7,946 nt of DNA from Octopus sinensis (GCF_006345805.1 NW_021828682.1:1-7946); one strand, 5' to 3'; positions 1 to 7,481 are shown, counted from the stretch's first letter. The notes: generated from the sequence alone by a model not told the origin. Numbers and translations: made by a program.

Positions 1-207
1 GCGACAGAATTGTGACTACGTCGGGCGAAATGCTTAGCAGCTTTCTTCCGGCTTTACTTTCTAAGTTTAAATACAACTGAGATTGACTTTGCTTTTCATC
101 CGTTCGGGGTCGATAAAATAAGTATCAGTTGAGCAAAGGAGTTGATGTGATTGACGAGCTTTCGGCTTCAAAATTCCAGACTTTGTGTCTATAGTAGAAA
201 GAATATT
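1..207 (+). mobile_element. Degenerate tRNA-derived SINE (octopus OK/OR-like family), possibly clipped at the window start
   Basis: Head-like GGGCGAAATGCTTAGC, degenerate B-box GTTTAAATAC (65-74), central domain TTTCATCCGTTCGGGGTCGATAAAATAAGTATCAG, and tail CTTTGTGTCTATAGTAGAAAG. All match a recalled octopus SINE consensus; the exact family is not verified. Confidence 0.85.
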
Positions 208-574
208 AAAAAGACTTCAACATAAAGCCAGAATCGTAACATTACAGACTCCACTCAAAGGAGAACAAACTCGCTCATCGCCATTTTATCTGTTATGAAT
301 ACAAATATATTTGACACCTTTATCCATCATTCTCTGCCCAACGGGTATTCAGGTGTTAGCTAGGGTGATTAAATGGGGTAGGGAAGAGCTCGGCGACGCA
401 GAGATGTTTCTGAAGGATCTGTCAGGAACCAGAGTAATAAAAATATTTAATTTCTTGTCATAAATATTGAAACATTCCATAGAAGCGGTTATTGTCCCGC
501 TTTTGTTCAAGTTTTGCTCTTTTCATCTCACTACAGTGTAGACTTTCTCATATCAATTATAAATACATGAAACA

Positions 575-847
575 TATATTAACGCATACATATATACATG
601 CATAAGTACATACAAAAATCCACATAGACATACATGAATACGTACATACACTCATACACACAGACATACATGAATACGTACATACATAGAAAGATGCACA
701 CATACATACAGACACATACATGCATGCATACATACACGATTACATACATGCACACATACACACATACACATAGACATACATGCATACATAGACAGACTGA
801 CACATGCATATATGTATGCATGTGTATGTATGTGAACATGTGTTTAC

Positions 848-888
<41 letters not shown>

Positions 889-1145
889 ACACACACACTT
901 ATACATATACACACACATACAGTTACATACAGATACATACATACATACAGACATACAGACATATACGTGTGTGTGTGTGTGTATACACACGCGCGCGCGC
1001 ACAGTCGCATATAGAGAGAGAAATTTAGATATGGCTGTGAAAATATGAAAGCGTATATAAATAGCCGTATACACACAAATAAAATGATGCGTATGCGTAA
1101 GTATATATACATATATATATATATATAATGTATATGTACACACGT
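575..1145. repeat. Compound microsatellite (TACA/CA/TA/TG/GC)
   Basis: Degenerate (TACA)n at 575-960, (TA)n at ~850-885, (GT)n-(CA)n-(GC)5 at 967-1003, and a TA run at ~1105-1130. Confidence 0.95.
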
Positions 1146-1276
1146 GTATACAATGGGGCAGCATCTGTTTAATGGAATAAAACATCTTCATCTCCATCAC
1201 CAACTCCTCCACCGTTGACAAGATTGAGTAGGTCACAGAATAACAGAAAAATCTTCCTTTCTATCCAGATGTCAAC

Positions 1277-1501
1277 CTACCCATCCACCCCCCATCCTCC
1301 TCCTCATCTCTCACCTTCCACCCCTCCTCCTCCTCCTCCTCCTCCTCCTTTCTTCTCCCTCCCTTCCTGTCATTCATCTCCCTACACTTCTCTTTTAAAC
1401 CCTCCTATATTTTGTCTTTTCTTTTTTCTTCCCTTTCTTTCTTTCTTTCTTTCTTACTTTCTTTCTTTCTTCTTCCTTTCTTTTCTTTTCTTTCTTTTCA
1501 C
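1277..1501 (+). repeat. Polypyrimidine low-complexity tract: (CCT)9 and (TTTC)n
   Basis: (CCT)9 at 1323-1349, then CT/TTTC-rich sequence to 1500 with few purines. Confidence 0.9.
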
Positions 1502-1791
1502 TAGTTCCAGTCATTGGACTGCGGCCATGCTGGAACGCTGCCTCGACGGGTTTGGCCGAACAAATCGACCTCAGCGCTTTTCTTTTTTAAAGTCTGGCAC
1601 TTATTCTATCGGTCACTTTTTGCCGATCCGCTAATGTTACGGGGATGTAAACAAACCACACCGGTTGTCAAGCAGTGGTGGAGGATAAACACGCTCACAA
1701 AAACACAAACACGCAAACACCAACGCACAAATACGACAGGCTGCTCTCGGTTTCCTTGTACTGAATATGCTCACAGAAAGATTAAGTGAGT

Positions 1792-1856
1792 GAGAGAGAG
1801 AGAGAGAGAGAGAGGAAGAGAGGGGGATGGAGGGGGGAGAGGGAAGACAAAGAAAA
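1792..1856 (+). repeat. Polypurine tract: (GA)11 plus G-runs
   Basis: (GA)n at 1792-1813, then GGGGGATGGAGGGGGGAGAGGGAAG. Confidence 0.9.
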
Positions 1857-1923
1857 GTGAAACATTAAAACAAGAAAAATATTGAACAGTCTGATGTCAA
1901 ATAAGTCAGCGTTCAATCAGCAG

Positions 1924-1960
1924 GCGCCAAAAACAGCAGCGCCAAACCAGCTGAGCCAAA
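1924..1960 (-). promoter_or_regulatory. Tandem E2F-type sites (TTTGGCGC x2 plus one degenerate copy)
   Basis: GCGCCAAA at 1924-1931 and 1939-1946 (reverse complement TTTGGCGC fits E2F consensus TTTSSCGC). GAGCCAAA lies at 1953-1960. The cluster is in CpG-rich unique sequence. Confidence 0.35.
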
Positions 1961-1970
1961 ACGTCTCATA

Positions 1971-2015
1971 CTCTCTCTCTCTCTCCTCTCCACACACACA
2001 CACACACACACACAC
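1971..2015. repeat. (CT)n-(CA)n microsatellite
   Basis: CT run at 1971-1990 and CA run at 1991-2015. Confidence 0.95.
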
Positions 2016-2110
2016 GACGGGTTTTAGCACAAGCAAATTTTCCCCACAAAGTATTGGATAACCGGAGGCGGATCGACGAAGAGATATTGCCCAAGTCGCC
2101 GTTTTGTGAG

Positions 2111-2170
2111 ATGACATCCAGAACTACGATGGCAGCAACGCAAAATCCTCGAGTACAGCCGCCATTGAAG
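2111..2170 (+). CDS. Candidate first coding exon of an unknown gene (MTSRTTMAATQNPRVQPPLK)
   Basis: In-frame ATGs at 2111 and 2129, the second in strong Kozak context (ACGATGG). Possible phase-0 donor AAG|GTTAAA at 2170/2171 (weak), in CpG-rich context. No homology recognised. Confidence 0.25.
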
Positions 2171-2564
2171 GTTAAATAACACGATCATTGAAGTATGCGA
2201 ACTGCAGAGCTCATTTATTGCCAAATTCCCTATCCACACAGCCAGCCACGCTTTTTTAGTAAAATTCAGTCAAGTAAAATTCACAAGTTTACAATTGCGT
2301 TTTATTTTACCTCGTTACTATTTAAATTTCATTTCTTTTGTTTATATGAAAGAACAGAGGAAGAAACGGCGGGGAAAAAACGGTACCGTTTGGTGAGCAG
2401 AGAAGTAGAGTGTTTGTTTATTCAGATATTTTGGTTCTATTATTATTTAGGCTGCAAACGAACTATAATTACGTAGACGAAGGATATTAAAGTTCATTCT
2501 TAAGAAAAAAAGACTTCTGTCTTAAAATGTATTTCATAAAATCAAAATAAATCATCTATATCAT

Positions 2565-2792
2565 TTTATATACACACACGCAAAATATACTTAGCTATCT
2601 CAGCACACGCATCACATATACATATATGCATGTATGTATATATGCATGTATGCATATATGTATATATGTATATATGCATGCATGTATGTGTATATGCATG
2701 TATGTATGTACGTATGAACGTATGTATGTATATATGTATATATGTGTATATGTATGTATGTTTGTATGCATGTGTGCATGTATTTATGTATG
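2565..2792. repeat. Compound (TATG/TA/CA) microsatellite; 3' flank or tail of the LINE
   Basis: Degenerate TATG/TGCA/TA units, i.e. (CATA)n on the - strand. Confidence 0.95.
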
Positions 2793-2889
2793 TCATTATT
2801 CAATTTTATTTCAAGATTTCTTGAGAAAGAATCGGTTTCTAACCCAGGTCCAAGGCTCCTTCATTGGAATTTCAACAACATCAACAAGG

Positions 2890-2938
2890 TATGTATGTAT
2901 GTATGGATGGATGGATGGATGGATGGATGGATGGATGT
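2890..2938. repeat. (TATG)n(GATG)n inside the LINE 3' UTR
   Basis: About 3 TATG units followed by about 8 GATG units. Confidence 0.9.
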
Positions 2939-3012
2939 GTGCTGATTTGTGTTTTATTTTATGTATGTACTCTCATGCATATAGTTTCATATCTAGACAT
3001 GCTTGTATATAC

Positions 3013-3293
3013 TTAAATGATAAACTTCTGGAAAGTTTTACAGATTTTTAGAGTTCCATGGCTTGAATCTGTAGTATTCAAATAAGCTTTTTCCTTTCTG
3101 GTTTTGAGAAGTTTAATTCTTCAAGACTGGAATTTAGGCAGTGTGTTACACATCTCCGTGCCCCAATAATTACAGGTATAAGCCTGAACTTGTAATCTGG
3201 ATAAATTAACTGTAGATTCGTCAATAGTTCAGCGTAGGTGTTCTCTTTTTCTCTGATCTTTGGTTCTATGTTAACATCCGCTGGGCAGCTGAT
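3013..3293 (-). pseudogene. RLE-domain coding remnant of the LINE ORF
   Basis: In-frame TGA at 3080-3078 (likely from CGA), a frameshift near 3057, and natural stop TAA at 3015-3013. It starts at the second acidic catalytic position and lacks the upstream PD and the RT domain. Confidence 0.8.
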
Positions 3294-3294
3294 T

Positions 3295-3418
3295 GTATGT
3301 ATGTATGTATGTATGTATGTACGTATGTATGCATGCACTCACCCACCCACGCGCATACATGTATTATATATACACATATATGTATGTATGTATGTATCAG
3401 CATACACAGAGGCATATA
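3295..3418. repeat. (TATG)n/TA microsatellite between LINE and mariner
   Basis: Near-perfect TATG array at 3295-3330, then a degenerate continuation. Confidence 0.9.
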
Positions 3419-3593
3419 TGTGGTCTGATCAATAAGTATCCGGACTCTTGCCATAGTAACGAAGTTGAGGCATGCAGAGTGAAACCGCTTGGCACAGATT
3501 CACCTTGAACTGTTGTGCATGCGCACTAAGTTTTAACGTTCTAGCTCACTTCCGCTGTTTACTGTAGTGCATGGAAGGATCGTCGCATAGACC

Positions 3594-3674
3594 ATGACAG
3601 AAAGTTGAGCAGAGAATCTGCATCAAATTTTGCCAAAAGCTTGGTGATACCTGCTCAGAGACCTATGCAAAGTT
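3594..3674 (+). pseudogene. Mariner transposase N-terminal stub (left arm)
   Basis: ATG at 3594. After a 2-nt frameshift it reads VEQRICIKFCQKLGDTCSETYAK, matching mariner HTH1. Confidence 0.85.
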
Positions 3675-4094
3675 TTCAAAAATCTTTCATCGTTCTCGAC
3701 ACAATCAAAGTGATCTTGTGCAATTAAAACCCAAGTGTCCTTTTGGTCAGCGAAAGCAGTTTTGGCACAAACTTGGCAGACACGTGTCTCATACACAACT
3801 CTTCGGTGATGATGGACTGATATGAACCGTAACTTATCTGCATATCCTCTGATAACTCATGGACGATGATTCGACGTTTTCCCCTCATAGCTACACGCAC
3901 ATCTGCAATGTTTTTCTCAGTTCTGCTGGTTGCGGGTCTCTGAGAAGGTTCGTCAATATCGACATATTTTGGCTATCTTGGAAACGTCTGAACCACTCCT
4001 ACACATGTATGCGACTCATACACTCCTCTCCATACACTTTCTGCAACTTTGCGTCAGCCTGAGCAGGTATCGACATGACAACTTGCTCTGTCAT
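3671..4094 (-). pseudogene. Mariner transposase DNA-binding domain remnant (right arm)
   Basis: Reads AKLQKVYGEECMSRIHV*EWFRRFQD / DEPSQRPATSRTEKNIADVRVAMRGKRRIIVHELSEDMQISYGSYQSIITEELCMRHVSAKFVPKLLS / DQKDTWVLIAQDHFDCVENDERFLKT. AKFVP (a WVP-linker variant) is at 3777-3763. TAG at 4001-3999 and frameshifts are present. It ends before the catalytic TGDE. Confidence 0.9.
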
Positions 4095-4290
4095 GGTCAA
4101 TGCGACGATCACACGCTACACATGTTTCTTTCAAGCACTGCTGTAAACAGCGGAAGTGAGCTAGAACGGTAAAACTTAGTGCGCACGCACAGCAGAGGTC
4201 AAGTTGAATCTGTGCCAAGCGGCTTTACTCTGCATGCTTCAGCTTCGTTACTATGGCAACAGTCCAAATACTTATTGATCAGACCTCTTA

Positions 4291-4322
4291 TGTGTATCTA
4301 TCTTTCTATCTATCTATCTATC
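4291..4322. repeat. (TATC)n microsatellite
   Basis: TGTGTATCTATCTTTCTATCTATCTATCTATC. Confidence 0.9.
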
Positions 4323-4331
4323 AACACAAAA

Positions 4332-4384
4332 CCTTCGCTCCCCACAAATTCCAGGTCTTGCGCCTATAGTAGAAAGGATAATAA
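4332..4384 (+). mobile_element. Orphan 3' tail of the same SINE family as 1-207
   Basis: 4346-4382 matches 171-207 at 30/37 positions (AAATTCCAG...CTATAGTAGAAAG). Confidence 0.75.
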
Positions 4385-4450
4385 ATGAACATAAAAATAA
4401 GCCTTAACATAAATATGTCCATATGCATGTATGAATGGATGTATGTTTAA

Positions 4451-4604
4451 ACGACGGGCTTCCACACACAGTCTTCTTCAACCAAATCCACTCACAAGAC
4501 ATTGGTCGGTCAGGAGCTATAGTAGAAGACACTTACCCAAGGTACCGCACTGTGGAACTAAACTTGATACCACATAGAGTAGGTCTATTCACACAACATT
4601 GCCT
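4451..4604 (-). mobile_element. tRNA-derived CORE-type SINE (octopus OR-like), degenerate
   Basis: The - strand has a degenerate B-box (AGTTTAGTTCC), CORE motif CCTTGGGTAAGTGTCTTCTACTATAG, then GACCAATGTCTTGTGAGTGGATTTGGT...GAAGCCCGTCG, and a CATA-type tail toward ~4420. Confidence 0.85.
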
Positions 4605-4833
4605 AGTCATTTCCCCCCTTCCCCAATGCAATTTTTTTGTTGGAATTGAATCGTTTGCAGACATAGTCGATTTCCCACACAGTTTTCAATCATAATCAAC
4701 AAGGCCACCTAAAGGTCTTCTTGTGAGTTGGAAAACAGAGAACGGAAACTACCTTCTTTTGTTGTTTTCTTGGTCCCCATGGGGCACCATACCTTTTTGA
4801 GATGCACAGTCATTCGATGTCAAGAATATGGTG

Positions 4834-5046
4834 TTTATTTGATGGATTTCTCGTATTACAGTCAATGAAATCTAAGTCTGTCATACTTCATTCCAAAACA
4901 ACATATGTTATGGCTGATACTGCAAATGTGTTAAAGACACAATGCGTATTCAACTACGGAAATAAATTCTTTTTTCTATTTTTGTGACTGTCAAAATATT
5001 AATTTCTCATTCACCTTCTGACAGATTTCACTGAAACAGTTTTATT
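4834..5046 (-). terminator. Candidate polyadenylation signals for the minus-strand gene
   Basis: AATAAA on - at 5046-5041 and 4839-4834, 270-480 nt past the stop. AATAAA is common in AT-rich DNA, so this is weak. Confidence 0.3.
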
Positions 5047-5316
5047 TTCATCTATGCCAAAATATTTGTAGAACGCAAAATAGTCTAAGCTCCTTTTTCA
5101 TCATGTATTTGCTCAACTGATCGGTCCATCTCATATTGTCATTTTACTGTATTTATCCAGAGGTAACGGACATCTTAATGTCCTTGCTAAACCGCTTTAC
5201 AACACTTCCATTCCCACAGCATACAATTTTAGGTCATTTTAGGACATGAACAAGAGACGGTGAATGAGCTTGGTTCTTCCTTTCCTTGTGTTGCATCCAG
5301 AATCTGATTTTTTATA

Positions 5317-5470
5317 TCACCATTCTTGAAGATAGAAAGTCCAGTAGCACTCTGGCTTTGGAATATATTTGTAGATAATGCTGTGAGGCTGGTGCTTAGT
5401 CATGGCGTTGAGGTGCATGAGATGACAGTTTCTACAAAAATCTATAAACACATATCTGTCAACGCGGAGT
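5317..5470 (-). CDS. Probable terminal coding exon of an unidentified gene (xLRVDRYVFIDFCRNCHLMHLNAMTKHQPHSIIYKYIPKPECYWTFYLQEW*)
   Basis: Strong acceptor TTTTCTCTCGCCTGCTCTGTCATTTTTTTCTCTTTCAG| at 5473-5471. 50 open codons of protein-like composition run to TGA at 5319-5317. An in-frame stop at 5523-5521 with no ATG in between means the frame needs splicing. Repeat-free sequence with AATAAA follows. Confidence 0.55.
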
Positions 5471-5839
5471 CTGAAAGAGAAAAAAATGACAGAGCAGGCG
5501 AGAGAAAATTGATGTTTGTATTACTGCGAAACAAATGTCTCCGGCAAAAAGTGTTAACCATAAACACATGCCTCAGCCACTGCATAATACAACAGTGTCT
5601 TGTCTTCAATATTAGAAATGTAATAACAAAACCGAGCAACAAAGGAGTTGGGCAAACGCTGCAACATCTGTTTGAAAATTGTATCTTCAGTTTCTCCATT
5701 CTATTTGTTATTTTTTAAAAGAAAAAAATTAGGCTTCAACAATTTGTCCACCTTCGTTTACATGGTATATATATATAATACATCAGTAATTCGCTACCAC
5801 AGTCACACGTGGCATGTGTACGTTTGGTGTATGGGTGTT

Positions 5840-5850
5840 AGCGTGTATAC

Positions 5851-5915
<65 letters not shown>

Positions 5916-6565
5916 ATATATATTATATATATTATATATATATAATATATTATGTAGTCTATGTATGTATGTATTATATAAATGTATGTATGCATGTATG
6001 TATGTATAAATATTTATGTATCTATATATATATTTATATATATATATATATTATATATATATATTATATATATATATATACGCACGCTAATATATACATA
6101 TATGTGCATAAATACCCAAATACCCACAAACAGACATATGAATACATATTCATACATACGTATTAACATACACGCACACATCCACAGGCACACACATATG
6201 TATGTATTATGTATGTATGTGTAAGTATGTGTGTACATAATATATATATATATATATATTCTATCTTGTGTTTATATTTGCTATATATATATATATATAT
6301 TTGTGTGTGTGTGTGTATGTATAAACATATATGTGTATACTTGCATACACATACTTACACACATATATATACATACATACACATACACTCACACACACAT
6401 ATGCATACATGCACACTTACATACATACATACATACATAAATACATACATACACACACACATACATACATACATACATACATACATACATACATACATAC
6501 ATACATACATACATGCATGCTTACATATATGTGTATGTGTGTATATGCATATATGCATGCATAAT
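5840..6565. repeat. Large compound microsatellite: interrupted (TA)n plus TACA/TATG blocks
   Basis: TA runs at ~5855-5950 and ~6020-6080, a (TACA)n block at ~6415-6513, and TATG/TG blocks between them. Confidence 0.95.
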
Positions 6566-6774
6566 AAGTGAGATCGAGTGGGAGAGAAAAAAGTGCAAAA
6601 CAGGTGCTTATCGCATTTATTTATGCACGCATGCATACACACGCTCACACACTCATATATATACACACACACACTGATCCAAATCTATACACCTTATCAC
6701 AATGCATATGTACAATACAAGATGTGTATATGTATACAATTGCAGAAGGTCAGCAAATTTTGAAACAAAGTACC

Positions 6775-6840
6775 CCACCACCACCACCACCATCACCCAC
6801 CACCCACCATCCACCACTACCACCGCCAGCACCAGCAGCA
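6775..6840 (+). repeat. (CCA)n trinucleotide low-complexity tract
   Basis: (CCA)6 at 6775-6792, then degenerate CCA/GCA units. Confidence 0.9.
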
Positions 6841-6969
6841 TCACTGCTTACATCTAACTCAACATGTCAACTTGGAAGTGATGATGAAGTCATCACACGA
6901 GTTATCAAATGTTTTCTGTATCCCACACAAGGAAACTGAGTCAAATTTCTATTCTGTGTCGCTCCCTAT

Positions 6970-7030
6970 ACACACACACACACACACACACACACGAATA
7001 TGTGTGTATGTGTGTGTGTGTGTAGTGTGT
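6970..7030. repeat. (CA)n followed by (TG)n
   Basis: CA run at 6971-6995, a GAATA spacer, and a TG run at 7001-7030. Confidence 0.9.
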
Positions 7031-7074
7031 AGGCTTGGAGAGGCAAACAGGAAAATAGAACTCAAAACATGAGT

Positions 7075-7191
7075 ACATATATATGTATGTATGCATGTAT
7101 GTATGTATGTATGTATGTATGTATGTATGTATGTATGTATGTATGTATGTATGTATATGTATGTATGTATGTATATAAGTATGTATGTATG

Positions 7192-7272
<81 letters not shown>

Positions 7273-7325
7273 TATATATATATAATATATATATATATCA
7301 TTATTATCATTATTACTATTATTAA
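7075..7325. repeat. (TATG)n, then (TA)n, then (TAT)n
   Basis: Long near-perfect TATG array at ~7085-7226, TA run to ~7298, and a TCATTA/TAT run to 7325. Confidence 0.95.
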
Positions 7326-7384
7326 TATTTGGAAGAAGTAACAGTGACTAAAAAACTGAGGGTTTCGCGTTAGCACTTATGTAT

Positions 7385-7417
7385 CTAATATATATATATA
7401 TATATATATAATATATA

Positions 7418-7481
<64 letters not shown>

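Larger units (their letters stand above)
2793..3294 (-). mobile_element. 5'-truncated non-LTR retrotransposon with C-terminal restriction-like endonuclease (R4/Dong-like), including 3' UTR
   Basis: The - strand encodes ISCPADVNIEPKIREKENTYAELLTNLQLIYPDYKFRLIPVIIGA...KLI*ILQIQA/GTLKICKTFQKFII*, typical of RLE C-termini. The 3' UTR has an internal (CATC)n(CATA)n and ends AAATCTTGAAATAAAATTGAATAATGA, with AATAAA at 2810-2805, followed by (CATA)n. Confidence 0.85.
3419..4288. mobile_element. Non-autonomous mariner (Tc1/mariner) derivative, 870 bp, made of two inverted 5' ends, with TA target duplication
   Basis: TIRs (TA)TGTGGTCTGATCAATAAGTATCCGGACT and (TA)AGAGGTCTGATCAATAAGTATTTGGACT. TA at 3417-3418 and 4289-4290. 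3419-3674 is an inverted copy of 4045-4288, with about 15 substitutions over the first ~146 bp by manual alignment. Confidence 0.93.

Noticed and set aside
579-1236. ORFs of 73-177 aa rich in Y/I/H/T/M/C/V
   Set aside because: They are translations of TA/CA/TACA repeats, which lack stop codons. The same applies to the ORFs at 2566-3051, 3238-3508 and 5648-7579.
1215-1634. 139-aa proline- and phenylalanine-rich ORF
   Set aside because: It starts at TTG and is mostly (CCT)n and (TTTC)n translation, with no recognisable domain.
2378-2391. 14-bp perfect palindrome AAACGGTACCGTTT (inverted Myb-like AACGG sites)
   Set aside because: About 0.5 such palindromes are expected by chance in 8 kb (8000 x 4^-7), so it is not significant on its own.
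3859-4388. + strand ORFs of 67-80 aa within the mariner
   Set aside because: They are antisense or leader frames of the transposase remnant.
4435-4695. 86-aa + strand ORF
   Set aside because: It is largely the antisense of the CORE-type SINE.
5442-5699. 85-aa minus-strand ORF
   Set aside because: It runs through the polypyrimidine tract and stops shortly after the acceptor; the other frame explains the region better.
5326-5718. 130-aa + strand ORF
   Set aside because: It has a TTG start and no recognisable motif, and is in codon register with the better-supported minus-strand exon, so it is treated as an antisense shadow.
6852-6915. Minus-strand AG...GAT|GTAAGC exon-like segment
   Set aside because: The donor is good, but all three frames contain stops and the acceptor tract is poor. 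At most it is a non-coding exon.
6568-6939. Polyproline ORF
   Set aside because: The proline run comes from the (CCA)n tract, the start is GTG, and the upstream part is microsatellite.
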